Shown: piece after piece, positions 46,183-56,414 of the stretch
How positions within the stretch are numbered: the stretch's first letter is position 1
How the letters are laid out: each line of letters begins with the position of its first letter
Origin: an uncultured virus (IMG/VR IMGVR_UViG_3300009418_000017)
Lineage: Duplodnaviria; Heunggongvirae; Uroviricota; Caudoviricetes
IMG/VR virus record: IMGVR_UViG_3300009418_000017
Length of the DNA stretch: 64,000 bases
Reading direction: 5' to 3' (one strand)
The notes under the pieces: model-generated
Database searches by the model: none
What the model was told of the DNA's origin: nothing
What the model saw: only the letters and a program-made list of their open reading frames with translations
Position numbers and translations under genes: made by a program

Positions 46183-46745
46183 GAAAGTTCCTCCAAGTCT
46201 AACTTAAAATAGCCTTTCTTAAGGCCGTAAATGAGAGCGTCCATCATTTTCTCGGTATCGTACCAAGCTCGGTGAGCGCTAACCTCATCAAAATCTATCC
46301 GACACGCCCGACAAAGCTCAGCCAGTTTTGGCACCTTGCCGTTAGGAGTAGCCCATCTGCCGTTTTGCATCGTACAGAAGATCTCAATATCCGGCATTTC
46401 GAGTTTCACTTTGTTCATCATGTGGTACATGAACGGCGCATCGAAATTGGCATTGTGAGCCACAAAAACGTCACAACCGTTAATTATTGACTTCACTTTG
46501 GGCGCAATCTCATGCCACTCCGGAGCACCCTTTACCATGTCCGGTGTGATACCTGTTATCTCCTGAACCTTTTGCGGTATGCTGCGCTTCGGATCAACAA
46601 GTGTCGACCACTTCTTTCGGTCAACGGCCTCCATTGTCTCGGTGTCGAGTTTGACAATGCTTATGGCAATCTCAGTTACCATGTGACCGTCATCTGCATC
46701 GAAACCTGTGGTCTCTAAATCCGTTCCGAATAATTTAAGTATCAT
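46167..46745 (-). CDS. DEDDh 3'-5' exonuclease (DnaQ-like)
   Basis: DLETTG, VAHNANFD, HRAWYD. Confidence 0.92.
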   Translation of the reverse strand: MILKLFGTDLETTGFDADDGHMVTEIAISIVKLDTETMEAVDRKKWSTLVDPKRSIPQKVQEITGITPDMVKGAPEWHEIAPKVKSIINGCDVFVAHNANFDAPFMYHMMNKVKLEMPDIEIFCTMQNGRWATPNGKVPKLAELCRACRIDFDEVSAHRAWYDTEKMMDALIYGLKKGYFKLDLEELSCETQ

Positions 46746-47181
46746 ATTTTTCCCTCAACTTTTTGACCACGTTTTTAAAGCGCTTACAGGCGTCACTGGA
46801 ATCGCTTATGTTGATTGACTTCACCGGCTCCGAGATCAAAATGCGCATTTCGCTCGGAATGTAGTTTATGTGGTATGGGCCAGCCCTAACGGTGTCCGTT
46901 GATTGACCCACAACCTCTTTATTAAACTCGTGAAGCACGTTAATCAAAAAGTCGTCCTTGTCGTATCCGTTCAATACCGAATACAGTGCGTGAATAGCTT
47001 CATAACCGGCGTTGGTGGACATATTGCCAGCCTCAACAGCCAGGCAAATGTTCTCAATCTGTCCGGTTATCTTTCTCTGAATGCCGTCCTGAAACTGTTC
47101 GAAGTCTTCTTCAGCGATTTTAAGGCGCTCTCTCAACCTCTCTATTTCAGTGATTGACTCCAGTTCTTTCATGTCACTCAT
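46735..47181 (-). CDS. Hypothetical protein
   Basis: Leader with 21/21 match to the sRNA; operator 47220. Confidence 0.7.
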   Translation of the reverse strand: MSDMKELESITEIERLRERLKIAEEDFEQFQDGIQRKITGQIENICLAVEAGNMSTNAGYEAIHALYSVLNGYDKDDFLINVLHEFNKEVVGQSTDTVRAGPYHINYIPSEMRILISEPVKSINISDSSDACKRFKNVVKKLREKYDT

Positions 47182-47242
47182 TGCTCTTACCTTGCTTGCT
47201 ATTGCTGAACGACTTAATACTATCTCAGCAATGAAATACTAA

Positions 47243-47902
47243 TCAAGCAACAAAAGCACGCCGAGTTAGAAAATAATCCCTCTCCAAGTTGTGCACCATC
47301 ATGATTGCACGTCTATGAATGGATGCGCTTGGAATTAATCGACCCATTTGCTCACTGGATAGCGGTGCGCCTGTCACTGACTGATAAAGACCGACCATCA
47401 TTGCGTGTATGGCAAGCTGAGCGGCTTTTGACGGCTTACCCTTGCCCTCGACTGCACTGGTGTACTCCAATGGCTCACAGACGTACACACGAAAGAATGG
47501 GCTAAACTTCTTGTAGAATTCGGCACAAGTCTCAAGCATGGTTGTGAATACATGGTCTGCATACACTCTTTCGTTTTGTCGAACGTTGGCCACCGTACCA
47601 ATGTCAAACATCATCGCTGTGTAAGCCAGATAGTCCAGAGGCGAACGGTCGGCTACATAAATTGTTTGGTTGCCGTCCTGCAAAAGCTCGATGTACTTTT
47701 CCATCGCTATGTAGAAAATATGCTTCTGACGCTCAATAACTTCAGAGAAGTCGTTGGTGTGCATATCAAAACCGGCACCCTCGATCATTTCTCCGGTATT
47801 CATGTATAACGGCTGTGCATTGTTCAGCATTGGTGCTAAGTTTTCAGCCAGTGTGGTTTTCCCTGAGCGGTGAGCTCCCGCTAAAAATATAATCTTTGAC
47901 AT
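47243..47902 (-). CDS. P-loop nucleotide kinase-like protein (start revised to MSKII)
   Basis: GAHRSGKTT, VADRSPLDYLAY. Confidence 0.75.
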   Translation of the reverse strand: MSKIIFLAGAHRSGKTTLAENLAPMLNNAQPLYMNTGEMIEGAGFDMHTNDFSEVIERQKHIFYIAMEKYIELLQDGNQTIYVADRSPLDYLAYTAMMFDIGTVANVRQNERVYADHVFTTMLETCAEFYKKFSPFFRVYVCEPLEYTSAVEGKGKPSKAAQLAIHAMMVGLYQSVTGAPLSSEQMGRLIPSASIHRRAIMMVHNLERDYFLTRRAFVA

Positions 47903-47963
47903 AGTTGTTACCTCAAACAGCAAAAAGGGGCACGAATGCCCCGACATTAACTTGTTTAAACGA

Positions 47964-48908
47964 TTAGCCTTCCATCACACGGTAAGCTTCGTGGGTGCAT
48001 AGCTTGTCGAATGCTTTTTCAAAAGCAATCTGCTCACCAAGCTCCTGATCGAAGTCATCAGGGTTCACGCACGAAGAGTCGCCTTCAACAGCAAAGCCTG
48101 ACGGCATTTTAATGACACAAATTGTCATCGTGGTTTCAGGCACAATAGTGTACTCAACACTGGCAATGCGAGACTTAAGCTCATCAACATCAATTGCCTT
48201 GTTACGACCATCGTTGTCGTTAACCTGGTCTTGACCGGCTACCTTCGCATCGTAGTATTCGAGCAAGCCTTTCTTAATAAACTCTAAAGGCTCTTCTTCT
48301 AAGGCGATTGTCTCAGCCATTCTGCCGACAAAATCAACCATGACTTCGTTGTCTTCCTGGCCGTTCCAGATTTTGCGGTACTCACCTTCTTTGTAGCCAC
48401 GCTCCTGACGAACAAAGTTTAGGGCGTTTTTACCCATATACATTGAATAGAAGGTCTCAAAATCACCGTAAAAATCCATCACCATGTCGAACAATATAAT
48501 ATAGAAATTAAAGGTCGGCACTCCAACCGTAAAATGCTCGGTTAACTCAGCCTTGCCATAAGAAATAGAGCCCTGATTAGGCACCGTTTCTGACCATGCT
48601 TGAGAAATTGCTCCCGCCAGATAATCAAGGGCTTCATCAAAAGACTTGTAGCCTTTCATTTCATGTTCAATGCTTGCAGACATTGCAAAGTGGAATATAT
48701 CGACCAACTCCATTGCTGCCTGATCCAAGTCCGGTGTCTGATTCTTCCACCACTTGTAACCCATGTGGTCGTGAAACTCACCAAACTCTACGTTAATGGC
48801 TACTGCATCTTCACGCTTAACTTTTGGGTTAATTGGCCAATCCTTGTCAATTTTTTGGTTAAACAAGGTTTGAAGCTCTAACATTTTGCGGAACTGCTTC
48901 TTGTGCAT
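47964..48908 (-). CDS. Dimeric all-alpha dUTPase fused to a C-terminal phage Gp49/66-like domain
   Basis: EFGE..YKWWK..ELVDIFHF..KNALNFVRQ..GY..EDNE; C-terminal TICVIKMPSGFAVEGDSSCVNPDDFDQELG. Confidence 0.85.
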   Translation of the reverse strand: MHKKQFRKMLELQTLFNQKIDKDWPINPKVKREDAVAINVEFGEFHDHMGYKWWKNQTPDLDQAAMELVDIFHFAMSASIEHEMKGYKSFDEALDYLAGAISQAWSETVPNQGSISYGKAELTEHFTVGVPTFNFYIILFDMVMDFYGDFETFYSMYMGKNALNFVRQERGYKEGEYRKIWNGQEDNEVMVDFVGRMAETIALEEEPLEFIKKGLLEYYDAKVAGQDQVNDNDGRNKAIDVDELKSRIASVEYTIVPETTMTICVIKMPSGFAVEGDSSCVNPDDFDQELGEQIAFEKAFDKLCTHEAYRVMEG

Positions 48909-48916
48909 AATTGCCT

Positions 48917-49525
48917 CTATTGCTGTAATGTTTTTGTTTGCTGTTTTGGGTAATCTTTCCCTGCTTCAATCACGGCATCAATCGACTGCTCGTAATTGTC
49001 GTGGTACTCAATTGCGTAAATGGCGTGAGAGAACTCATCAAAGTCCGCCACGTCACAGGGAATCATATCGAACGCCACTGTCGAGAAATGGTCAAGGTTC
49101 TGATAACGAACTTCATCCGGTGACCCAGTGCTTTTGTAGTCCACCGATGATGCGTGTACCGCCTCAACTCTTCCCGATCTAAATGCTGCATCCCAGGCAC
49201 CCGGTCCACCGATGACAAACCACTGCTTATCAAGCCAACGGTTCATATTGGTGAAAGCCTCCAGGCTTTCTGCATAAATGACGGTTTCGCCATTCTCCTG
49301 CACCTCAGTGATACCGTCAAAGCCACTGGAAAGAACGACATTGATACGGTTTGGCAAAGGAAATTTTGGTAACCCCATGAAAGTGCCTTTGCCCATAATG
49401 ACAACCTGGTTCTTCGTTGTCTCTTTGAAAAGCTTCAGCTCTTCAGAAATGTGCCAGGGTAGGCGGTCACCTACCCCAACAACATATTCCTCACCGAAAG
49501 CCATTATGACTCTCAACCCCTTCAT
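48917..49525 (-). CDS. folA: Dihydrofolate reductase
   Basis: [39 protein letters not shown]. Confidence 0.92.
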   Translation of the reverse strand: MKGLRVIMAFGEEYVVGVGDRLPWHISEELKLFKETTKNQVVIMGKGTFMGLPKFPLPNRINVVLSSGFDGITEVQENGETVIYAESLEAFTNMNRWLDKQWFVIGGPGAWDAAFRSGRVEAVHASSVDYKSTGSPDEVRYQNLDHFSTVAFDMIPCDVADFDEFSHAIYAIEYHDNYEQSIDAVIEAGKDYPKQQTKTLQQ

Positions 49526-50385
49526 ACAGAGATTTCTCCTTTAATAGCTGAGTGAGGTTTATAACCAACAAGCTCCACCATATCCGGCGTCAGATTGTCG
49601 ATGGTTGCTTCAGAATCTAACTTCACTGAAGGCAAGCTCTTAGGCTTGCGACCTAATTGCTTCTTAACCTGGTCTACGTGATTCAGGTATATGTGAGCGT
49701 CACCAATCGTATGAATGAACTCGCTAGCAACGTGACCTGTCATGTTCGCCACCAATTGCAGCAGAAGCGCATAGCTTGCGATATTGAACGGAACCCCCAA
49801 AAACAGATCTGCGCTGCGTTGGTACAGCTGCAACGATAAGTGACGGGCACCATCAATTTCATAGCTCTTAAACTGAAACAGCGTGTGGCATGGCGGTAAC
49901 GCCTGATTGCCTTTCTCTGCATTCTCAGAAGGAGACATTGAGGTGTCCGGTAGTAAGGCCGGGTTCCAACCGCTTACGATGATGCGGCGGCTGTCAGGCT
50001 CTTCTTTCAGCTGACGGATCACTTCACGCAATTGGTCGAAGCGCAAATCCATTGTATTCATGCCGTGATCGATCTTGTGCGGCCAACTGCGCCACATTTT
50101 CCCGTAGATAGGGCCTAGCTCCCCATCTTCAGTCGCCCAGTCATCCCAAATTTTTGCACCAAGCTCGTTCAGTCGCTTAGCGTTGGTACTTCCTTCTAAA
50201 AACCAACAAAGCTCCGCCACGATAGCGTCAAAGTTCACTTTCTTGGTGGTCACCAAAGGAAAGCCTTCTTTCAAGTCGTACCGAGACTGAGTGCCAAACA
50301 AGCTGATGGTGCCGGTGCCTGTTCGGTCGCCGGTCTCAACGCCTTCTGTTAGCACCTTGTCCAATAAATCATGGTACTGCTTCAT
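49522..50385 (-). CDS. thyA: Thymidylate synthase (start revised to MKQYH)
   Basis: [36 protein letters not shown]. Confidence 0.97.
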   Translation of the reverse strand: MKQYHDLLDKVLTEGVETGDRTGTGTISLFGTQSRYDLKEGFPLVTTKKVNFDAIVAELCWFLEGSTNAKRLNELGAKIWDDWATEDGELGPIYGKMWRSWPHKIDHGMNTMDLRFDQLREVIRQLKEEPDSRRIIVSGWNPALLPDTSMSPSENAEKGNQALPPCHTLFQFKSYEIDGARHLSLQLYQRSADLFLGVPFNIASYALLLQLVANMTGHVASEFIHTIGDAHIYLNHVDQVKKQLGRKPKSLPSVKLDSEATIDNLTPDMVELVGYKPHSAIKGEISV

Positions 50386-50398
50386 ACTTCCTCCTACG

Positions 50399-50704
50399 TT
50401 ATATGTAGGGAATGACTGTTTCACTTTCAGCTATCTCAGTGAACAACAGGTAGCTACCATGAGCTCTCATGTCGTCCTTGAAATAGCCCTTCTGAGCGAT
50501 GTCTTCAGAAACGCCTTTCAACGTTCTCATAAAACACTGAACTAACGTTGGGTGAGACTTTAAAAGGCCTGTTAAAAAGCCCTGCTTCACCTCTTCGTCG
50601 TAGCCCATTATGTTTATCGACTCCAACAGTCTTCCTACTTGTTTTTCAACGTCTTCAGTTACTTTTTGTTTTTGCTTGTGAAGATTTAAGCCTTCTTTAT
50701 CCAT
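50399..50704 (-). CDS. Hypothetical protein
   Basis: Cassette upstream (50712-50750). Confidence 0.7.
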   Translation of the reverse strand: MDKEGLNLHKQKQKVTEDVEKQVGRLLESINIMGYDEEVKQGFLTGLLKSHPTLVQCFMRTLKGVSEDIAQKGYFKDDMRAHGSYLLFTEIAESETVIPYI

Positions 50705-50788
50705 GTTGATTACCTTGCTCGTTGCTGAATGTATTTCAATTCTGACATACTGAACAAGGCAATCAACTAGACCTAAAACAAAAACCCC

Positions 50789-51007
50789 TTACATTTTTAC
50801 CTCGACCTTGAGAGGCTCTATTTCATCTGACCTGATTTTGACAGGTGTTTTATCCTTCCCATAATAAGTATGGTTGGCAAGGACAATGAATACTCCCAAG
50901 TAAAAAAGGAGAAATGCCACTCCAACTATGCGCCACTTCCTTCTATACAAATAAGCAAGCACAGCCTTTCCCAAATTCTGCGAGGTCAGTCGAAAATCGA
51001 AACCCAT
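50789..51007 (-). CDS. Small membrane protein
   Basis: One TM segment. Confidence 0.5.
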   Translation of the reverse strand: MGFDFRLTSQNLGKAVLAYLYRRKWRIVGVAFLLFYLGVFIVLANHTYYGKDKTPVKIRSDEIEPLKVEVKM

Positions 51008-51234
51008 AAGCCTTTATTGTCCCACATCTTTCGCGAACGATGCTCAAGCCTGATCTTCTTAAAGTTGTCCCAGGCCACAATAACGCCCATTAAAATGAGA
51101 ACCGTCGATAACAGCATACCGGCTGCCATTTCCAGCCCCTTATCACTACTTGAGGACAGATAAAAGGCTAATAGCCCTGATGTAGCGGTCATAACGCCAC
51201 AAATTAAAATTACAAACAGTCGAAACATAACCAC
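50986..51234 (-). CDS. Small two-TM membrane protein
   Basis: Two hydrophobic segments, GAGG RBS. Confidence 0.55.
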   Translation of the reverse strand: MVMFRLFVILICGVMTATSGLLAFYLSSSSDKGLEMAAGMLLSTVLILMGVIVAWDNFKKIRLEHRSRKMWDNKGLWVSIFD

Positions 51235-51271
51235 CTCTATACAAAAATAAGCAAGAACAGCCTTTCCCTAA

Positions 51272-52267
51272 TTACCACTCGGCCATGTCATCGTAAGTGT
51301 CACGCTCTGACTCAAAGAAGTTTGTTTCAAAGGCGACATCATCAGCACGCTCTTCAACAAACGGAGCCGGATCTTTTGTAACACCGGGGTAGATTTCACC
51401 CAGGCCTAGCGCTTTCGAGTATTGGTTGGTCAGATACTCGATGTAGGTCTCCATGAGCTCGTTCGATAAGCCCATAATGCCGTCACCGATGATGTGATTG
51501 CCCCACTGCTTTTCAAGCTCAGCCGTGTTCTTCAGAATGTCCTTAGCACGCTCACGGAATTCCGGAGTGTCTACTTCAGGGTTTTCAGCCAACACGTCTT
51601 TAAACATGGCATTGAACAGGCGCAAATGGTTATTTTCATCGCGGTGGATGTAACGAATTTGCTTAGCCGATTCGGGCATTTTTTTGTTTTCTGCCAAAGC
51701 GTAGAAAAACAAAAATCCAGACTGGAACATAATGCCTTCTAGCGCCTGGTTTGCGACTGTGGCCAAAGCAAAGTTCTCGGTCGAGAAACCTTCCGGCATC
51801 AACACGTTCATCACGCGAACGTACTTGTTCTTTTCGTGAAGAAGGTCGTCAGTCATGAACATATTGTAAGTTTCGATAGGGTCAAAGCCCATTGTCTCGA
51901 TCATTAAGCTGTACGCCATGACGTGCATGGACTCATCAAAAATCTGACGACTCAACGCCATGCGGTACCAGGGCGAAGTCACATGAGAGTTAACCACGTT
52001 CAAGTTGTTCAGCTGAAGACCGTCCAGATTTGACAAGAACGCCAGGGCTTTTTGGTAACCGCGTTGCTCAGCCTCAGTTAGAGAGGACCACTGTTGAACG
52101 TCACGGCTCATGTCCACAGAAGACTCATTCCAATGGTCTTCACGCATCTTGTCGTAAATCGCCATTGCAGCCGGGTGCTTGGCCGGTTTGATCTGCATTA
52201 ACCCATTGTCAGGGCCATTAATTACACGATAATCGTCTAAGTTGATGATTTCTTTATCAGATTTCAC
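51272..52267 (-). CDS. nrdB: Ribonucleotide reductase class I beta subunit
   Basis: FLSNLD, DESMHVMAY, EGIMFQSGF, RDENNH metal ligands and radical Tyr. Confidence 0.94.
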   Translation of the reverse strand: MKSDKEIINLDDYRVINGPDNGLMQIKPAKHPAAMAIYDKMREDHWNESSVDMSRDVQQWSSLTEAEQRGYQKALAFLSNLDGLQLNNLNVVNSHVTSPWYRMALSRQIFDESMHVMAYSLMIETMGFDPIETYNMFMTDDLLHEKNKYVRVMNVLMPEGFSTENFALATVANQALEGIMFQSGFLFFYALAENKKMPESAKQIRYIHRDENNHLRLFNAMFKDVLAENPEVDTPEFRERAKDILKNTAELEKQWGNHIIGDGIMGLSNELMETYIEYLTNQYSKALGLGEIYPGVTKDPAPFVEERADDVAFETNFFESERDTYDDMAEW

Positions 52268-52324
52268 GTCTATTCTCCGCTACTAATTACAAAATGAGAG
52301 GGACAATAAGTCCCTCAACAACAA

Positions 52325-52684
52325 TCACTGACACGCTTCGCAAGCAATCTCTTCGTCAGCGTCATAGTCGGTCGCTTCAGCAAGCTCAAAGACTACTCGC
52401 TCGATGCGACTCTCATCGTCACCAGTAACCCGGTTTTCTTCCATGCCATAGGCAAAGGTCATTACCGTTGGTGCCGAGCGGATATTGCGCAGATGCAAAA
52501 AGCCGTTATCCACGTCTTTAATGTCGATTTTGATAAAGTCGATACTCTGATGAGTTTCTTCTAACTTTTTCAACGTGCGCTCTGCACTTTGGCAGGGTGC
52601 ACAGTTTGTAGCGCAAATCATGAGGACCGTAGGACGGCCCTCTGTTAAACGCTGTACCATTTTTTTGTGATCTAACTGTTGCAT
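52325..52684 (-). CDS. Thioredoxin-fold protein with a C-terminal NrdA-type CxxC tail
   Basis: NCAPC active site, IRSAPT cis-Pro loop, C-terminal EEIACEACQ. Confidence 0.85.
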   Translation of the reverse strand: MQQLDHKKMVQRLTEGRPTVLMICATNCAPCQSAERTLKKLEETHQSIDFIKIDIKDVDNGFLHLRNIRSAPTVMTFAYGMEENRVTGDDESRIERVVFELAEATDYDADEEIACEACQ

Positions 52685-52686
52685 GA

Positions 52687-54879
52687 TTAAGCTCCTACTT
52701 TTTTAGCTGCTGAAGAGGTTTTTTGCTTCTTCAGGTAATAAGTTGATTTCAAACCTAAGCGCCAAGCCAGGTCGTAAATTGCAGCGACTTCTCGCCCTTT
52801 TGTGTCCGCCTTGCAATAGATATTCAGACTTTGAGACTGATCTACCCATTTCTGGCGAACCGCAGCCGGACGAATCTGCCACTCCGGAGATATTTCATAA
52901 GCCGTCTTCGTTATTTCAGGCCGGTTGTATTGCTGACACGGCTCTACAACACGGTATAAACCGCCTATGTTTTCTTTCTTGAATACACGGTGCTCACTTG
53001 CTTCAGTACAAGGCGTGGTACCGGCTATGTTGGCGATGGTTGCCGTTGGTGCGACCGCCATTAGGTTGCAGTTGCGCATACCTTGTTTAGCCAGTTCGCG
53101 AACACGGTCCCAAGCCTCAGCTGAGTACACGTTTGTTTCACGGTTGCGAGCGGTATCAATTGGCAAAATGCCCTGAGACCACAAGCTACCTTCAAACGAC
53201 TCGTACCGGCCTCGAGTTCGAGCCAACACGCTTGAGCTAACGATTGAGTGATATGAAATAACCTCAAACACTTCGTCTGCCCATTTCAGGTGCTCTTCTG
53301 ACTCATAATCGATGCCACATTGAACAAGTGCTTCTGCGTAGCCCATGACACCAAGACCGATTGGGCGATGACGCATATTCGAGCGGCGAGACTCATCGCT
53401 TGGGTAGTAATTGAGGTCAATTACGTTATCCAACATTTCGATAGCGTCAGAAACCGCCTGGCCAAGCAGGTCAAAGTCAATTTTTCCGTCAACAACCATA
53501 CGGCTCAGGTTGATAGAGCCTAAGTTACACACGAACGTCTCATTAGTGCTGTTGTTCAGCGAGATTTCAGTGCACAAGTTCGAGTTGTGAATCATTCCGT
53601 CGTGCGACTGAGGATTACGGCGATTATGCTCGTCCTTAAACGTCAGCCACGGCGCACCTGTTGTCATGACGCTCAGAACGATTTTCTGCCAAAGCTCAGC
53701 TGCATTAATCTGGTGACGCGCTTTACCGGCCTTCTCAGCTTCAATGTAAAGGCGCTCAAACTCTGCACCGTAGCTCTCAACAAGCTCGGGGCACTCGTCA
53801 GGGTCAAAGAACGACCAGATTGCTTCCGGATCTTCTTTACGCTTCATGAATAAATCGTTCATGAAGAAAACAGGGAAAATGTCATGAGTTCGGCGGCGCT
53901 CATCGCCTGTCTTCTTCTTCAGATCGATAAAGGCTAGAGCGTCTGCGTGCCACGGCTCAAGATAAGCCGCAAAAGCTCCCTTTCTCTTACCTCCCTGGTT
54001 AACAGCTACAGAGGTGTCGTTATAAACTTTCAGGAACGGCACAATCCCTGAGCTTCTTCCATTCGTTGCGCGAATGTGTCCACCCATCGACCGTACACCT
54101 GTCCAGCACGTTCCAATCCCCCCGGCATACTTCGACAGAGCGGCGCACTCGGTCATCTTTGGGTAGATACCGCCCTCATCAATCAAGCTGTCACCAACAA
54201 AGTTGCCGTAACATGAGCTCATTTGGCTGAAGTTGGTGCCTGAGTTAAACAAGGTCGGTGTCGAGCTCACAAACTCCAGGCTGCTCAGCCGGTCGTAGTA
54301 ACGAATTGCTGCTTCAGTGCGCTCTTCTTCACTGTCAAAGTTCAGGCTTAAGCCCATTGCGACACGCATCCAGAAGTGCTGAGGCAGCTCAAACAAACGA
54401 CCCACTTTTTCATCACGCAAAGGTTCTTTACGCATCAAATATCTTTCTGTCAGTGTTGACATACCGACAAAGTCAAATAAAGAATCACGCTCCTGAACGA
54501 TAGCGTCATTAAGGTCGTCCATGTTGAAGCGCAGCATACGCTTGTCAAAACGGTTCTCTTCGATACCAGTAATGATTGTCTCTTCAAGGCCTGGGTACCG
54601 TAAAGAGCCGCCGGTCACTTCTTTGAAGTTGTTCATCATCATCAGACGCGCTGCCACAAACGTGTAGTTACGCTCTTCTGATACTTTCTGTGCTGCCGAG
54701 ATAATCAAGGCATTTTGAATGTCAGACGTTGGGATGCCGTCAAAGAATTTAAGCGTTGTGCTCATTACAACGTCATCCGGTGAAACGTTTTCCAGGTCAC
54801 GGCACGCGAATTTTGCAGCGGCGGTGATCTTGTCGATGTTCAACTCTTCAAGAGAGCCGTTCTTTTTAGTGACTTGCAT
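52687..54879 (-). CDS. nrdA: Ribonucleotide reductase class I alpha subunit with ATP cone, lacking the C-terminal CxxC
   Basis: VTKKNG ATP cone, STPTLFN, SSC, SNLCTE, VCNLGS, APTA, KSTYY. Confidence 0.96.
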   Translation of the reverse strand: MQVTKKNGSLEELNIDKITAAAKFACRDLENVSPDDVVMSTTLKFFDGIPTSDIQNALIISAAQKVSEERNYTFVAARLMMMNNFKEVTGGSLRYPGLEETIITGIEENRFDKRMLRFNMDDLNDAIVQERDSLFDFVGMSTLTERYLMRKEPLRDEKVGRLFELPQHFWMRVAMGLSLNFDSEEERTEAAIRYYDRLSSLEFVSSTPTLFNSGTNFSQMSSCYGNFVGDSLIDEGGIYPKMTECAALSKYAGGIGTCWTGVRSMGGHIRATNGRSSGIVPFLKVYNDTSVAVNQGGKRKGAFAAYLEPWHADALAFIDLKKKTGDERRRTHDIFPVFFMNDLFMKRKEDPEAIWSFFDPDECPELVESYGAEFERLYIEAEKAGKARHQINAAELWQKIVLSVMTTGAPWLTFKDEHNRRNPQSHDGMIHNSNLCTEISLNNSTNETFVCNLGSINLSRMVVDGKIDFDLLGQAVSDAIEMLDNVIDLNYYPSDESRRSNMRHRPIGLGVMGYAEALVQCGIDYESEEHLKWADEVFEVISYHSIVSSSVLARTRGRYESFEGSLWSQGILPIDTARNRETNVYSAEAWDRVRELAKQGMRNCNLMAVAPTATIANIAGTTPCTEASEHRVFKKENIGGLYRVVEPCQQYNRPEITKTAYEISPEWQIRPAAVRQKWVDQSQSLNIYCKADTKGREVAAIYDLAWRLGLKSTYYLKKQKTSSAAKKVGA

Positions 54880-54974
54880 ACTACCTCTAGTGTTATTTCT
54901 TATATCGAGTTACTAAATGTTGGGGTTTCGTAGTATCTCAGCGTTGAAATACACAATCAACCCCAAAAAACGAA

Positions 54975-55367
54975 TTACAATCTGCTAATTTTTAACAGGT
55001 GCGAATAAAACGCAACAAACGGATAAGCAATGGCCGCGTTTATCAACGCATAAGCTGGCAGATAAACCGGGTCGAGCGTTTCTATAAAGACCAACCCTAA
55101 TGGCCAGGCAATGACTGCCACCGCCATATTCACGAAGATCCAGCGAACAAGGTTCCACGATCTGCGAGCCATATAAACATTGCGGTAATTTTCCGATGCT
55201 TTTGCAAGCGCATAGTCTGTCGCTTTTCTGGTGCCAAGAAACAGGTCGCGCATAAAAACAGACAGGGCAACGTAAAACGGAACAAACCAGTACGGGTTCA
55301 TTTCGTGCTCAGTCTGACAATATACCGGCAGTAGCATCATCAACACGATTATAGCGAAAACCTGCAT
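54975..55367 (-). CDS. Multi-pass membrane protein
   Basis: Three to four hydrophobic segments. Confidence 0.6.
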   Translation of the reverse strand: MQVFAIIVLMMLLPVYCQTEHEMNPYWFVPFYVALSVFMRDLFLGTRKATDYALAKASENYRNVYMARRSWNLVRWIFVNMAVAVIAWPLGLVFIETLDPVYLPAYALINAAIAYPFVAFYSHLLKISRL

Positions 55368-55369
55368 GA

Positions 55370-55963
55370 TTACGCTCCTATCGCCATTTTCAGCGCATTT
55401 CTGAAATAGTTAAACTCTTCGGTTTCCAGGCCGGCTTGAATCGCTGCAATAGCGTCTGCGGCGTGCTCATTGAAGCCTTCTGTGAAAACCATTTCACCGT
55501 TTTTCTTGTGCTTCTTCCACGGTGCATTAGGATGCACTTCGCGCACTGCATCAATCATGGTTTGCTTGGTTATAGCGCCTTTAAGACCCATAGCCTTTTT
55601 GTTTTCAGCTTCACTCAGTTGAAATACCGGCAGACCTGTCTCGTTTGATACAGCGGCCAATACAGTAATGCACATGGCATAGCTCAACTGGGAGCTAGCG
55701 TTTTGCGAGCCGTGTGGCATTTCGACGAACAATGCTTTCGGCTTGTGCTCGTCAATAGAGGCCATAACCTGTTTGTGCAGATACTTGGCTCGGTCAAAGT
55801 TCTGAGAGCTTTTGCGCACCTGCTTTTTCTTGGACTTATCCAGTTTATTTTTAATGACGTCGATATGAGTCACTTCAAATTCCAGATCTTCAATGTCGAG
55901 GTTGGCTACCGCCAAACCCCAGTTAGTCATGCTAGGGTCATAACCCATCACTACTTGCTGCAT
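55370..55963 (-). CDS. ruvC: RuvC-like Holliday junction resolvase (start revised to MQQVV)
   Basis: GYDPSMTNWG, FVEMP, EHAADAIA. Confidence 0.85.
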   Translation of the reverse strand: MQQVVMGYDPSMTNWGLAVANLDIEDLEFEVTHIDVIKNKLDKSKKKQVRKSSQNFDRAKYLHKQVMASIDEHKPKALFVEMPHGSQNASSQLSYAMCITVLAAVSNETGLPVFQLSEAENKKAMGLKGAITKQTMIDAVREVHPNAPWKKHKKNGEMVFTEGFNEHAADAIAAIQAGLETEEFNYFRNALKMAIGA

Positions 55964-55964
55964 T

Positions 55965-56414
55965 TTATACTCCGTATTTTCCCCAACTTGGAATGCGCTC
56001 TCGCATTTCTTCGTTTTCACCACGCTTGTAAAGCTCAACTGTGCTTTCAAGCTCCTTTTCGACAATCTGCTCAAACTGAACAAATTGCTCGACCGTTGCT
56101 GAATAACCGAGCTCATTAATAATGCACTCTGCTATTTCAACGTTTTCCGGTTTCTCCAGGTTCGCTCTTATGCGTCGAGTTCGTATCTTGCCTTCGACAT
56201 AAAGAGTGCCGTTCTCATCGACAAGCCTCGGACTTCTAATGACGGCGCCTGGGCCAACTGTTGACTCCTGGTAACCATGCTTTTCTCTGAAGTCCACCAA
56301 CAGCTGAGCCGCATTAACGTCTAGCTTGCCTAGCGACTCAACTTTTACCCCCCAGTCATCAATAAGGGCTCTCAGAACTATCGGCTTCAACCTTAACCTC
56401 CTTTGCCTTAACAA
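55965..56414 (-). CDS. Hypothetical protein
   Basis: Fills the operon gap; start uncertain. Confidence 0.5.
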   Translation of the reverse strand: MLRQRRLRLKPIVLRALIDDWGVKVESLGKLDVNAAQLLVDFREKHGYQESTVGPGAVIRSPRLVDENGTLYVEGKIRTRRIRANLEKPENVEIAECIINELGYSATVEQFVQFEQIVEKELESTVELYKRGENEEMRERIPSWGKYGV

